64,000 nt of DNA from Vicugna vicugna (taxonomy: Eukaryota). The stretch covers positions 5,438,745-5,502,744 of the forward strand of contig MU058423.1 of the NCBI GenBank assembly GCA_013265495.1, in the 5' to 3' direction. Positions 37,242 through 51,500 of the stretch are shown here, in pieces. The translations under genes and the position numbers were made by a program. The notes below the pieces were generated by a model. That model was given only the letters and a program-made list of their open reading frames with translations, did not search any database and was not told the DNA's origin. Each line of letters starts with the position of its first letter. Positions within the stretch are counted from its first letter, which is position 1.

Positions 37242-40127
37242 AAAGATGGGCAAAGATTCTGAGTAGACATTTCATTGAGGAAGATACAGAAATCACTACT
37301 AAATATGAAAAGATGCTCAATGTCTTAGGTATCAAATAAATGTATGTCAAAACCATGACACACTACTTCACACATATTAGCATGGCTAATAACAGATAAC
37401 AAAAAAAATGTCAGTGAGGATGTGGAGATGTTAGAACCCTGGGATACACTGCCATTGGGGATGTAACATGGTGCAGCCCATTTGGAAGACAGTCTGGCAG
37501 TTCTTCAAGTGAGTAAACACAGAAGTATATATGATCTAGCAGTTCTGCTCCTAGATGTATACCCAAGAGAAATGAACACATATGTCCAGCCCAAAATTTG
37601 TACATGTATGTCTACAGCAGCATTATTCGTAACAGCCAAACTTTGGAAACAACTCAAATGTCCATCAACAGAGCAATGGAGAAACAAAATATGGTCTATT
37701 TATATGATGGTATATTACTCAACCATAAAAAGGAATTAAGTGCTGATACAGGCTGCAAAGGTAAACCTCGAAAACATGCAGAGTGAAAGAAGCCAGTCAC
37801 AAAAGATGGCACACTACATCCTTTTGTTCAAAAGAAAGTTCCATTGAGAGAATTCTATACAGACAGAAAGTAGTTTATGGCTGCTTAGGATGTTGCTTAG
37901 GGATATTAAGGGTTCAGAGGGGTGAGTGGTAAAAGGTAAGGGGTTTCTTTTAGAAGTGATGAAAATATTCTAAAATTGACAGTGGTAATGGTTGTACACA
38001 TCTGTGAAAGTACTAAAAACCATTGAATTGTATACTTTAAACAGATGCATCCATGGTATATGAATTCTATCTCAATAAAGCTATTTAAAAGTATTCCCCT
38101 TTGAATTCACAATATGTTCCAAGTGAATTGGTAAGGCTAAGTGATAGGAATTCTTCATGGTTTTGTAAAGAAAATACTGTTTTTTCCAAACATGCCATCC
38201 ATGATCCTAGGTTCCTGGTTGCTACTCTGTTTACAAGCCATTACCTTGCTTCTCATTTCTAAAATCTCTATCAAAGAACTTTGACTTTATTTATGTACCT
38301 GGATGAAATACTGATAATTAATGAATTTGTTATGGTTAATTTATTATGGTCACATACAGCCATACTACAAAAGTGGATACTGAATAAAATATATATATCT
38401 ATTTATCTTATCTTTATAGAGAATATAAAATTAAAAAATAATGTCTTAAAATATTTTAATGTATTTAAGGAACAATAAGCAAAACCAAGGAGTAAACAAT
38501 CAATATTACTATGCATTTAGAAGAACCAAAACTAATACTTTCCCAATATAGTATTCACACTGAGATTTAATCTCATATTAAATTAATAAAATGTTACATC
38601 ATTCACTCAATTCTTCTAAGTTTATGAACACCAATATATTTGATATTATGAAGCCAAATAATTTGGATAATGAATTACATTTTATATATTTATGCAGATA
38701 TTTCACATAGATTTAGCATACAAAGTCAGAGAAGATTCATGATCTGTTTTATTCCTTACTGTAATAACTGCAACATTCTGGTGTGTAAAGCACTACCTCT
38801 GAATGAAGAGTTAGTGAGGTGACAATAATTCATTGGAGATTAATTTCTATGGTGTATAGACTTGGTTTGCCCTCTTTTGGTAAAGTTTTGAAGTACAAAC
38901 ACATAGATGCCAGTGACAAGTATGCTGTCTGCTTTTGACAAATGTTATTGTCTTTTTTCCATGCCTTAGGCTTTCAAAATTATGCTCTGGGAACCAAAAG
39001 AGATTGACTTCCAAGAATATTATTGACATTATACTTAATGGTTTGGAACAGCAAATTTAATTAACCTCCAATATTAAAAATGACTCTGAAATGATAAAAA
39101 TATAGCCACATAATTTTCTGATTTTAAGTGCTATGAAACTTAATATCCCTCCTAAATTTTGAAACTGTATGAACTTAATCATCCATTGATTATTCATAAA
39201 AGCAAGCAGAACACTAAAATTATATTGTGCTTCCACTGTCTTCCTAGAAAATGATCAATACTAGTTTTTCTATTTAGTACAAATGGCAAGTGCAATCTTT
39301 TGATATGTCAACAAAATTTCACTTTTATATGGAATTGTAATCTCCTTTCAAAATGCCAAGCTAGTGTTTAAGTTCCACATATTAAAGGGATATTTTGATT
39401 CCATAGTTCTTTATTAATTTCCTTACTCACACATTTTTTCAAGTACTGAGTTAATAGTTACATATATGTATTTCTAAGGTAAGAATTTATTTCCAGGTTA
39501 ACCAAGGTTATTACGTTTCTTGATTCCATATCATAATACGGTTTTACTAGTTCCTTGGAAGTTTGATACAAAAAACTTATCTTCAGAAAAAAAAACTTAA
39601 TAAATTGTACTGCAATTAAATCCTGTTTTCCTATGCTTTATAACTAAATTCTAATTTGAACTCTCAAACAAAGCCAGAATATTTCACTTTGAGAATACAA
39701 ACTGAAACAAACTGAAATAATTTGTTTTGCTTCTGTGGCATATCATGGAATCCATTTTCTTCTTGTTTTGGTGCAAAAATAATTTCTATGCTGTCCATTC
39801 TATATATTTAATTTTTCAAAGTAACTGTTTTTATTTTCCAACTTGTTCACTTTAATATTAGATGCTTCAGTTTTATAATTAGAATTTTAACTAAATCATA
39901 ACAAATTTATTCCAAAGAATATTAGTCTGAGAAACATATTTTAATTCAAATTTTAAATACAATGCATGATTCTCTTTCTTTATACAGTAAATATATATAT
40001 ATATTTCCAAAAATAATAGATACATTAACTGTAAGAGTGGTTACTGTAGCATCAGAAGATAATGATCTATACTAAGTGGTCTGCTGATTTATTTTAATAA
40101 GATAAATGTTAAATCTGTAATTTATAA

Positions 40128-40345
40128 TCTGATTCTGACTGCGTGGATTCAAAGCTTGCCTCCTTCATCTTATGACTAGGTAACCTCATGCAGGTCAGTC
40201 AACCTGTCTGCTCAATTTGCTCATTTTTAAAAAGGAGGATAATAATAATCACCAGGATTGGCATGAAGATGAAATTAGATTAATACATGTGAAGTTTTTA
40301 GCAAAGGGCCTTACATAAACTAAGTTCCTTGTAAACATTAGCTAC
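40128..40345 (+). mobile_element. MIR SINE
   Basis: gactgcgtggattcaaa...ctcaatttgctcatttttaaaaaggaggataataataat...gaagatgaaattagattaatacatgtgaag. Confidence 0.8.
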
Positions 40346-41599
40346 GGTGATTAAAGCTGGAAATCTAGATATGTGCATGTTAACTTTTAAACACTGGGTA
40401 AAGTTAGTCATAGAAGAATTTGAAAAACTGAGAGCCATTCTTAGGGGATGGCTTATCTCATTTCTAAAGAGAAAAAAGCAGGCTTTTTGTATATTAAAAA
40501 TACGTAACAAACAAATGACATTTAAACTAAAATATTAAAGGAGAAATCAAGGAGTGGAAAGGGAGAGATCATTTAAACAATTTTTTTAAAAAAGACACAG
40601 AACTTGGATTAATATATGCTAAAGATTCATGCTCAGTTTCATGGTTTCCTACAAAAACACCTTGAAAAAGGTATAGATATGAAAGAAATGTGCCATATAA
40701 TTCTGTACCCTAGGATGCAGTTAGCTCTTACTTTTAAAGGAGTGTATTTTACAGAAGATGTGAGTACTCACAAGGCGGAAGCTGCTGGATTACCCTATGT
40801 ATGGAAAAGCTCTCCATGATTTCAGAGAAGTTGGGTAGCATTTATGATGTGCCACAATTTGCCAGCTTGGACTTACGTATTAAATGAAAAGCAAAGAAGA
40901 TGTGTTCAGCTTGAAAAATGATTGCCTTTATAGTGTTATTGCAGAACTCCTTCCCCAGCGAAGGCCGTAAGAGGGAGGACAAGAAGCCTTTGAGGCAGAT
41001 TCTGTTCTAAATAGTGCCACCTGATTTTGTCTAAATTATTGAGATACTGTGTTTACTGGTTTCTTTCTCTACAGGTTTGGTTAATGATATCTATTTTGTC
41101 TCTATCTGGTGATAATAAATTAAGAGAGAGGAAGGGGGAGAAGAGTGAAGATTTGAAATAATTTTGAAAATTAAAATTGAGAGAAACATTTAAAATTTAA
41201 TTAAAATTATAATATGAGAGAGGGAGAGGGAAGCAGTAGTGAGGGAAGAGAAGAAGCAGGAAAGGGAGGAAGCTGGAGGGCATGGGAGGGGAACAGAGAG
41301 ATGCTGGAAATTTGGAAAGTAATATATACTTCAGAATGCTCTTTGGATTTAAAAAGATGACCCTAATAAGGGACTCTGGAGCTTCTGCTCCGAGATGGCA
41401 GGTTAAGCACACTCATGGCTTCTCCCTCCTAAGCAAATTCATAGAATTACATTTTTAGTAAGCCAGAGAAAGAAAAAAATGAAGATGGGTTCTAACTGAA
41501 CAAGACTTAGCTCTGAAAGCACACATGAAAAAAAAAAATTAACCTCTTTTGTATTGTTAAGAATGGCTCCAATCTGTGGGTCCCTTACCCAAAATTGGT

Positions 41600-43215
41600 A
41601 GGTACTAGCAGTCTCTCTGGTGGTTTTTATTTCTACTATTTATTTGCAAATTATCTGTGCTGTTACTTTTTAGATCTATGTATTGTATATTGACTTTTTT
41701 TTCAGCTGGACAGTCTCTATATTTAATTGGTAAATTCATCCTATTCATCTTTATTGCAGTTAATAAAATATGTATGTATATTCATTTCTGCTTTCCTGTA
41801 TCATGATTTAAAGTTTAACACTCTTCCATTTGCCATCAGGATCAATTCAGTTATTTTTAACTCTGTTATTCCATTTATTTACATTTTATTTGATGTTCTG
41901 TTTGAAGAACACTTCTATTTATTTGAAATTGGTGCATTCATGTTTATTTCTTTGATCATCACATTCACATTTTAATTCAGTATTAGCCCTGTCATCCCTA
42001 CAAAAGTTTAAAAATCATGGATGACATTTTTTCCTTTATTTTATTTACCTTACCTCATTCCACTTTTTAAACTACAAAGCCTATCTTTCATTCAATTATT
42101 ACTTCAGGGAAGTTCCACGGGTGGTAAAATTTCAACAATTCCTTGAATGTTTGAAAAATGTTGCATTTCCTGAGGATTGTTTTCTGCTCTTTTATTTGAA
42201 ATACATATCTACATCTATCATGTACATTATAGATAAAATTATATGTATGAGTATTATGAAACTTTTAAAACATATAGAGAGAGCATTTGATGACCACCCA
42301 ACTACTTATTACCCAACTTCAATAATTATCAATACTTTAGCAATCTTGTTTCATTTAATAATCTCACCAATCCTACCACAGCCTCCACACAAGTTTATGC
42401 TTTTTAATGGCCTGGAGTATTTTAATGTAAATCTTGGACATCATGTCATTTCAGCTATCATTATGCCACTCTAAATGATAAGAATTCTTTATGTATATAA
42501 AATCACCTGGGCATTATCACATCTAATAAAATTAACGATGACTACTCAATGTCATGTTTTATGCAATTTATATTCAGGTTTTCCAAGTTGTCTTAAAGGT
42601 GTTTTTTGACATGTGTTTTTTAGAATTAAAATACAAACATGATCCAAAACACGGCCTTTAGTTTTCTGTTGCTTAATTCTTTCTATTATCTAATAATTCT
42701 CCTTTCTTCCTTTTTTGTTCTATTTATTTTCTAAAGGAACTGGATTGTTTCTCCTTAGGGAAGTTTTACATTTCTTTGGGTATAATTTAATATGCTGTTC
42801 TATCTCTTTCATTTCCAGTAAACTGATTTATACACTTCCTATTGCATCACATCACAAGAAAACATGTCTGGTGACATGCAATTAGTGAAATTAAGATCAG
42901 TTTGTAGGTTTAGTGTTATTAGCCCGATCCCTCTACTATAAAACAAGTAAGTGGTTTTGCAAATCTGAATGATAGCTTCGGCCAAATGTCAAATTCTGGA
43001 ATTTTTTCCCCCAAAATTCTAAGACTATTGTCAATTGAATAGACATAAATTTAATTCTCATCCTTTTCAATATTTTTCATTTGTATAACGATTTTAAGTG
43101 TATTTTTCATACCTTGGTGCTCTAAAATTCAATCACTGTGTGTCAAAATGTGAATTACATAATTTTTTTGTTGGCTGTTATCTTGACATTAAGCCATTTA
43201 TATCTTTCTTCAATT
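41600..43215 (-). mobile_element. Ancient L1ME/L1MC fragments (T-rich, antisense)
   Basis: gacagtctctatatttaattggtaaattc, cttcaataattatcaatactttagcaatcttgtttc, tggagtattttaatgtaaatcttggacatcatgtcatttca. Confidence 0.55.
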
Positions 43216-43899
43216 TAGGATGATCTGCGAAAGGAGAAGAACAGATTATTGCAGACTTTGGCATAAGATTCCAGGCTCCTTGAGGCCACAGTATTGGACC
43301 TGGAAGCAATGAAAAATTCAGCTTCCTCACTGGAAGGAATATTCCAGTATTCCTTACTGGAATGAAAAAACTCTGGCATCATCAGGAAAGATAACTAGCC
43401 TGAAATTAGGAAGAGAAAACTTGTCCTTTAACAATTAGAGCTTGAATTGAAGCCAGTGATAAACTTAATCCTCATTATTTGACAAAGCAAGAGAGCAGTA
43501 ATGAAGAGGGGACCTTCATAAGCTAGATAAACATTCGTTCTATGACTGTATAATCCTGTAGGTGCCTCATTTTATATGCTTCATAGTATCGATTTACAAA
43601 TTTGACTCCCTGCAGTAAAATAGTTTCCTAGACAAAATGCCTCTGAATATACTGCAGCCAAATAGAGATTTTAGAATACCTGAGCATCTGCAATATATTT
43701 ACTGCAGGTGTTGGAGCGATGAGATATATATATGTAAGATGATTTTTAAAATAAGACATTTTGAAGATTACTGAAAATAGCAATGGAACAGATAGCTTAA
43801 TTCAATATACTATCAAAATTTATAGAACTTAATTATTATAAGCTGTCAGAGTAGGGTGAGAATACTTTATCATGTGCCAGGGGAGGAATCTGAGTTGGC

Positions 43900-44420
43900 T
43901 CCTGAAATGTGGTTCAGACTTACATTGGTTGAGGAGAATGGAGACCCCAGTGGGCGTGTTAAAGGAGGAAGACTAAACGTATGTTCAGAGAATGTGGTTG
44001 AAACTATCAGCCTGAGAGGGACGGCATATTTTAGAGTCTAAGGGCTCTGAAAAAGCTAATTTAGTCTCCATTTTTGAAAACCTTGAATGTCAGGCAAAGA
44101 GTGCAATTTACCCTGTAGGCAAGAGAAAATCACATTTTTGAGCAGGGTCATGATGTGATAGAAGATGCATTTTAGGAATATTGACATATCAAAAGTATGA
44201 AAAATGAATTGCAAGATGGAAAGAGAATGGTTCTAGAAGAAGGATGGTTCTTCAAGAAGAATGGAAGCTATCCTCGAAGGGAATTTAGCCTGCACAGGAA
44301 TAATAAAATGCCTTTTGAGAAACTGCTGAATACCATTCGGGCATGCAGTAAAGTGGAAAGTAAAGAATTAGGAACCGATCCTAAATTTTTATCATTGATG
44401 AGACTGAGTTACTAAATATT
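43900..44420 (-). mobile_element. LINE-2 fragment
   Basis: ccttgaatgtcaggcaaagagt...ttttgagcagggtcatgatgtgatag...cattttagga. Confidence 0.6.
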
Positions 44421-45948
44421 TTGGGAAAAGTAAAGGAGTCATAGCCCTCTACTGATAATAATAAAATTAAATTAGGGTCATTTTATCTCAGAAATACATA
44501 ATTATTCTTTAAAATTGAAAAAAGCTACAGTTTTAGTAATGTATTTTATTACATCCCAACTTAAACTATATACATATAGCTGGAAAAGTATAAAGATAGA
44601 TCTGAATATATTTTACCTTTGAAGGGGTCCATATTGCTTCTGTATTTAATACACATAGATATCTTTTCAGTAATTTGTATGGTTTCAAGAGAGAAAACAT
44701 AATCCTCTCTGTGTTGAAGGAAAAAGTATCTGATATTTTTTCAGTATTAAAAAATTTATTCCTCAATGAAATGAAGAATGTTTTCTTGAGAAAATATAAT
44801 AGACTTTAATTTGAGGTAAAATATTTCTAATGTAATTCAAAGAAGTAGGAGAAAAACTCTCTTGTGAGTAACAGATTTTTCCCTCTGAGATCTCCCTGGG
44901 ATTGTCAAAGATAGGTAAAGAATGTTAGCCAAGCTTTATTTATGGACCAGAAAGCAAACTGCATTAAAATATGTAACACAGAGTCTTGAGACTCTAACAA
45001 CATTTATGTCAGTGCATATGTCACATTTCTCTCTCTTGAATACAAGCTAAACCTTTCCCATTCCCACTGTCAAACTTGCCTTATCATGATTTCCATAATA
45101 TACAGGAGATTCTAAGAGCGCAAATTACATCAAAATACACTTGTGTATAATGTACTAAAACGGGAGCCCAGAATTCATAATAAAGCCACCGATAGTCAAC
45201 TTTATGCATAATTCAGGAATGTCTTCTCCTTCTATAAACATTTTTTCCTCTTCAGTTGAATCCTCTGATTGCTTCATGGTCCATTTTTGCTGTGGCTGCT
45301 CTTGATTTCTATGTCAAACTTGTAATTAGTTGAGTATCTTTATTTTTTTTTGCTAAAATTTGTTATACTTGGCATACATATTAATCCTATAAGTCAATTC
45401 TCAAAATATACTCTATACAGTCATTATGCATGATGTCTATGATTTTGGTTCAAAAACTGCAATTCAAACATATTATTTTTTCTCCTTTTGAAAATTCACA
45501 TGGAAATGAAAGAATAAAAGAGAGGGAGATTTTGATCCAGTGTAAACAAATATAAAAATAAACAGTCTATAATGAGATCCACAGGTTAGTCTTTGATTTT
45601 TGGGTTTTTTCTTTTTTAAAATAAAGATAAATCAAGATTCAGAGGAAGATCAGAATTTTGGCACTTTTTGTACATGAAGAAAATAACTCGTGAGTTGATA
45701 GCTCCCCAGCAGAATCACAGACAGCCTAATTATCTGAGAGGCAAAGGCTAAAAGTAAGGAAACCTGTAGAATAATTTCTGGAAATAAGGAAAACTCGCAA
45801 TCGTGTGACACTTTTGCAAGAACTCCAGTGTCTAACACATGGGCACATCAGGGTCAAATTTCTAATCATTCAAACCCAGCCTCCACTCAGCATGTATAAA
45901 ATACAGAGTAAAGTAAGTTATTACCACTGAAACAGCCATAGAAAGACA

Positions 45949-46030
45949 CCAGTTGGGGAAGGGGCGGTCATAGCCCAATTAATTTCTGTGCCAGTTGGGG
46001 AAGGGGCGGTCATAGCCCAATTAATTTCTG
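45949..46030. repeat. Perfect 40-bp tandem duplication (42-bp period)
   Basis: ccagttggggaaggggcggtcatagcccaattaatttctg at 45949-45988 and 45991-46030, separated by tg. Confidence 0.97.
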
Positions 46031-46546
46031 ATGCCACGACAGTATAGAAAAGGAAATGTCTAAGACGGCAGTTAACATTTCTATGTTCCCTGGCATTAGG
46101 TCATTTCTCAGTTGCCACAGATTACTGGAATATCTTATCACACACAGACCTTCCTGAGATGGATAAAGGTAGAGGGTAAATTTTGATGCAGTTGACAGGA
46201 AGATAGCTGAAGCCTCTGAGTGAATTTAGGAATGCAGAATGCCATGCATTTCACAGTAAATTTAGTATGCGCATCTTAATGAAAGAGAAGCGTTGTGTGT
46301 CATCTGGTCTTAGGAGGCACTTCTCTAGGTAGAGAAATAGGGTATGTGTGTGTGTAAATACTAATTACCAGAACAAAAGTTTTCAGTAGATATAAAATCA
46401 ACTGTCTTTATCAGCCTAATCTTCACATCTAATGAACTTGCAATGTAGAAAATAAACATAAAAATATAAATATTCAATGTTTTTCCCTTGGTGGGAGCTA
46501 AAGCAATGTATTTCTCCCCCCAAAGTTGATACTGAACAAACATAGT

Positions 46547-46941
46547 TGTTATAGACTGAATTGGATCCCCCCAAGATTCATTATGTTGAAGCCCTAATCC
46601 ACAATGTGACTATATTTGGAAATAAGGACAAAAAAGGAGGTAATAAGGGTTAAGTGAGGTCATGAAGGCGGGACCCCAAACCCATCAGACTTACATCCTT
46701 ATAAGAAGAGGGAGAGAGACCAGATCTCCCTCTCTCTCTCCAAGCACCCCCCAGAGGAGAGCTATGTGAGGACACTACGAGAAGGCAGCTGTCAGCAATC
46801 CAGAAAGCAGCTTCGCTGAAACCAAATGGTCTGGCACCCTGACCTTGGGTTTCTTGCTCCAGAACTATGAGAAGATACATTTCTGTCGGCTAAGCCACGC
46901 GACCTGTGTTGTTCCGTTATGGAAGCCCAAGCAGACTAACA
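46547..46941 (+). mobile_element. MLT1A-C-like MaLR solo LTR
   Basis: tgttatagactgaatt...tatgttgaagccctaa...aatgtgactatatttggaaataagg...ctccagaactatgaga...ttatggaagcccaagcagactaaca. Confidence 0.9.
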
Positions 46942-46989
46942 GGCCTCCTTCCATCGTGATGACCTTGCAAAAGAATTCAGTGAAAATAT

Positions 46990-47500
46990 TTAATAGGTAG
47001 AGACTGACGATGTGGATTTCTAGTGTGTCCTTCTGTCCCATGGAGGTTGAAAAGCTAAAAATGGCATTTCCCAGACTGCACCGCAGACTATTCTGCATGG
47101 GAATTAGGTCTGAGCAATGAGGCGGGTTATTTGGAAAGCAGAGGCCAAGGTCATCGCTTGTGCTGTCTTGGTGCTTTTCTGCCGTCCTCCTGATCATGGG
47201 GACGGGGTCTATTCTGTAGCCGTGTTCCAGGGTGAGGTCACAAGCATCATGAGTCTAGAGACACAGTTGTAGGGGTAGGAGCAGCTGCTCCCTGGTCCCT
47301 AGATTGCAGCCTCGACGGTGTTTTTGAAGGTGACAGTCACAGTAGAAACTTCCTGATTATGTACACACTGAATTGTAGCCAATGTAGTGACCACCCTTCA
47401 TTTTGGTCATTCCTGTGGCTTTTTCTGGGAGTCCTTCCTTGAAAGCCAAGACTACATAGACTGCTTTCAGTTCTAAATATACTGAAATAACTTGTTCTTT
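46990..47500 (+). mobile_element. LTR33-like ERVL solo LTR
   Basis: ggaggttgaaaagctaaaaatggcatttcccagact...gaattaggtctgagcaatgag. Confidence 0.55.
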
Positions 47501-47506
47501 TTATTC

Positions 47507-48480
47507 ATGGGTAGATATAGGTTTCCTGGGAACTAAAATATAATTTAGGAGACTTATTAAGAAAAAATACAAAATTAAATATATGAAATTAAGTATAAAA
47601 TAAATTAAGTATGAAAGTAAAATTAGGTATGAAAGTACTTAGAATGAATAAAAAACATAAATTATAAGTTTTAAAAGCTGACAAATATAATGGTTATCAC
47701 CAAGCATAGAAAAAAATAACCTATGTTTTAAAAAATGTCCTTAATATATATCTACATTGTCTTTCCTTTGTATTTGGAAGCATACACTCTGATCACTCCT
47801 TATAACAAAAACGTTGTAATACTTCTATAGAGATAACATCGAAAGACAATTCATTTTTGCCTTTAGCATAGTTATTTGAATATTCTTTTCATTTCTGATA
47901 TTTGTATGCATGCAACATCATTTCACCTAAAGATATATCCATTGTTTGTACCACTGCTATAGTTTTGTGCCCCCTACAAACAGGACTTCTGAATTCTATT
48001 TAGAAGAATTTTGAAGAATTTGTATTAAAAAAGAATTTGTATGTCAAGTATATTTCTAACAGAAAAGAACTTTTGTTTCATTTACAACTTGATGAGAAAC
48101 AAATCCCAATTACACTTTTGCACACGATGATGGGAAGACTTCTCTACATTTCAACCCTTGTTCAAGCCTGTTACTGACATTCTTCTAGTGACAGAAGCCT
48201 TGATATAGATAATGACTCTGCACTTTCATAGGGTGATGACAGCACTATTCTGAGAAACCATTCCTAAACTGGAAGACTTAGCAGTAACTTAACTGGAAGT
48301 GAACCACTCAAATACATCCCACTAAAGCTAATTTGAACGTGTCTTAAATTCAGCTTATCCATAGATAGAGCCCCATGTATAATGGTGGGGGACAAATGGA
48401 TTGGAAAGGGGCAACAGTATTACCATGTATATTAAATATCTTTATTTGGAAAACTTTTAAAGACAGTTGACCAAGAAAAT
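47507..48480. mobile_element. hAT-Tip100 (Zaphod/MER91-like) DNA transposon relic
   Basis: ttaagaaaaaatacaaaatt...aaattaggtatgaaagt...ttttaaaagctgacaaata...gcatactctgatcactcct...gaaagacaattca resemble my recollection of the Zaphod end. The right boundary is uncertain. Confidence 0.5.
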
Positions 48481-48723
48481 GTAATGTAAAGCCGTCTCCT
48501 AGAGTCTTAAAATCTGAACAAATGAGGGCTTCTAAAATTTCCTTAGCCTCAAGATAAATCTGCCTCTGAGCACAGTCATCCTCTTTCTGCTTAAAATAGT
48601 CAGTGGTTTTCACTTTGTTGAAAATGGACCCTGACTGTTAAGAGACAGAGGTAGACTCAATTATTTATATTTATATATAAATATATATGTATATATAAAA
48701 ATCTCAACAAAATTAATTTTTAA

Positions 48724-49795
48724 AACATCATAAGTAAAACTAAATGACAACCTATAGAATGGGAGAAAATATTTGCAAAAGATGTGACTGACAAAGGCTT
48801 AATTTCTAGAATATATAAACAGCTCATACAATAAGAAAAAACAAACAAACAACCCAATCCAAAAATGGGAAGAAGACCTAAGTAAGCAATTCTCCAAGGA
48901 AGACATACAAATGGCTAACAGGCACATGAAAAACTGCTCAATATCGCTAATTATCAGAGAAATGCAAATCAAAACTACAATGAGGTGTCAGCTCACACCA
49001 GTCAGAATGGCCATCATTCAGAAGTCCACAAACAATAAATGCTGGAGAGGGTGTGGAGAAAAGGGAACCCTCCTACACTGTTGGTAAGAATGTAGTTTTG
49101 TGCAGTCATTATGGAAAACAGTATGGAGATTTCTCCAAAACACAAAAAATAGACTTATCATATGATCCAGCAATCCCACTCCTAGACATATATATGGAGG
49201 GAACTCTAATTCGAAAAGACACATGCACCCCAATGTTCATAGCTGCACTATATACAATAGCCAAGACATGAAAGCAACCTAAATGTCCATCAGTAAATGA
49301 CTAAAGAAGTTGTGGTATATTTATACAATGAATACTACACTGCAATAAAAAATGATAAAATAATGCCATTTGCAGCAACATGGATGAACCTGGAGATTGT
49401 CATTCCTAGTGAAGTAAGCCAGAAAGAGAAAGAAAAATACCATATGATACCACTCATACATGGAATCTAACAACAACAACAACAACAAAAAGACACTAAC
49501 GAACTCATCTACAAAACAGACACAGACTTGCAGACATAGTAGACAATCTTATGGTTACTGGGGGAAGGGACAAATTTGGGAGTTTGAGATTTGCAAATGT
49601 TAACCCACTATATATAAAAAAAGATAAAAAGCAAATGTCTTCTGTATAGCACAGGGAACTAATTCAATATCTTGTAATAACCTTTTATAAAAAAGAATAT
49701 GAAAATAAATACATGTATGCATATGCATGACAGGGACATTAAGCTACACACCAGAAATTGATACACTGTAACTGACTATACTTCAATTAAAAAAA
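48724..49795 (+). mobile_element. Relatively young 5'-truncated lineage-specific LINE-1 (~1.07 kb)
   Basis: Well-preserved ORF2 C-terminus (aataaatgctggagagggtgtggagaaaagggaaccctcc), 3'UTR and poly(A). Imperfect TSD aaaattaatttttaa / aaaattattttaa. Confidence 0.93.
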
Positions 49796-49814
49796 ATTAT
49801 TTTAATCTGTGGCC

Positions 49815-50510
49815 ATCTCAATTAGAATGAAACCAGACTTTTCAACATGGCTTAGAATTTTCTGCCAGATGTTTCCTATTCTTTTCTGAACTCATGTTTG
49901 GAAACCATGCTTACTATACACTACCAGCATTGGCCCTCCTCTCTTGCTCAATTTTGGCAAACCGATTCCCACTTGAGGAGCTATTGTTCCTGTGAACCAT
50001 AGCCATGTTTTGCCAACACAGTAACCAGCAGCCGCATGTGGCAGCTTTATTTTAAATTAATTGAAGACAATTAAAACTTATTTTCTCAGCCAAATAGCCA
50101 CATTACTAATGCCAACTGACACATGTGCCTAATCGCTTCCATATTCGACAGCACATATTTTGAACGTTTCCCTCTTTGCTGAATGTCCCACTGGACGATG
50201 TTGGTCTCGATTGTTCTGCCAGGTATTTTCATGCAGATTTACTGTCATCTCCTTCCATGAAGCCCATCTAGTCGCTATGGCTACTGCTGAATCCCCTCCA
50301 GCCACTATCTTTCAATTATATCATTTTCCCCTCTTTGCCATTTATCACTATTTCTTACTTATATATGATTATTTACTTGTATACTAATTATTTTGTTCTT
50401 TGTTTTGGTGACTGGGTATGTATGTTTCTATGTAAGAGATACATCCCCAGCATATTCTTGAATATTGCCTTGTACATATTACATGTACAAAATTATTTGT
50501 AATAGAATGA
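49815..50510 (+). mobile_element. LINE-2 3' fragment interrupted by MER3
   Basis: tagaatgaaaccagacttttcaacatggc...actgtcatctccttccatgaagccc...catccccagcat...tagaatgaa. Confidence 0.5.
49998..50203. mobile_element. MER3-like hAT-Charlie MITE
   Basis: ccaacacagtaaccagcagccgcatgtggc..ttttaaattaatt...tagccacatt...cacatgtg...atattcgacagcaca...actggac. Confidence 0.7.
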
Positions 50511-51269
50511 AAGAAAAGCAGAATCAATTAATTCACTGTCATCTTGCTATTTAAAAACAGGAGATACTGCTTTCAGATAAAAATAATATGATAATTAATG
50601 AAAATGAGGTAGTGAAGCATGTACGTGGTACTGTAGAAAACTGAATCAGCCTAAAGAATTTTTTAAATAAGTTAAGATGTGAATTATGAATTCAAACTTA
50701 AATTTTTAGGTCCTGTATAAATATAGCAAGCAGCAAAGGAAATTATTATTAATTTTATTCACCTAGAAATTACCTTTATTTTATGTGATGAAATTTTTTT
50801 CTGTTTTTATCATTCTCTGCCTATCGTTTGTTAGTCCTCAGCAAACTTTTTTCTGTATTAGTGAGGCACTAAATAAAAGAATACATATGACTAAATAAAA
50901 TAATCTTCCCTTGTTCTGTTTACTAAATACTTTGCACTTAAAATATTACTAGAACAAATCGAATATCTTAATTAGCATTTAAACAAGAGACACAGACATT
51001 TCAGTTATGCTGTTTGTCTTCAATATTTGGAAAAATATTTTTATACATGTTAAAAGTTGCTTAGTCAATCTATCTTCACTTAGCTTATCTAAAGAAAATG
51101 AATTTGTCCCAAGTTTTGTAAACTCTCATTCTATGATGAGATGAGCCTTTAATCAGTCTATGCTGACACTGTAATTTGGCTATTGTTTACTTCTACAATT
51201 TATTTGTTGCTTTTCCTCTGTCCCTTTCTACACTTGCCACATAATGGTATCCTTACTGTCTTTCAGTGC

Positions 51270-51500
51270 CACAACCAAAGAACACCTCCTCAATGAAACA
51301 GTATAGGTAGAATGAACTTTTTCTTTCATCAGCACACCCAGAAAAACATTGTATCTGAACTCACTTTCTTAACATTTAACTTACTTGTTGGTAAACATGA
51401 CTATAGATTATAAGTCTTTCAATAGTAATGAATGTCTCCTACGCATGTATTTATTTGTTAGGATCTGCACACAGTCAGCCTTTAATAACTGTTGCTATAT
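51270..51500 (+). mobile_element. LINE-2 3' end fragment
   Basis: cacctcctcaatgaa...ctatagattataagtctttc...ttaataactgttg. Confidence 0.4.

Larger units (their letters stand above)
34135..38090 (+). mobile_element. Older LINE-1 (L1MB-like) RT to 3'UTR, host of two nested insertions
   Basis: caacaaaatgctggcaaa...atccagca, gatgacaggatcttgtatgtag, ORF2 C-terminus and 3' end tatctcaataaagctatttaaaa. Interrupted at 34603-35151 and 36256-37241. Confidence 0.88.

Noticed and set aside
42121..42474. 117-aa plus-strand ORF
   Set aside because: It lies in antisense ancient L1 sequence, starts with GTG and has a composition typical of AT-rich noise.
43220..43290. IIADFGI kinase DFG-like motif in one plus frame
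   Set aside because: It is flanked by stops, with no HRD or APE motifs nearby, so it is a chance match.
45949..46030. CRISPR-like direct repeats
   Set aside because: There are only two copies, 2 bp apart with no spacer, no cas genes, and the context is mammalian.
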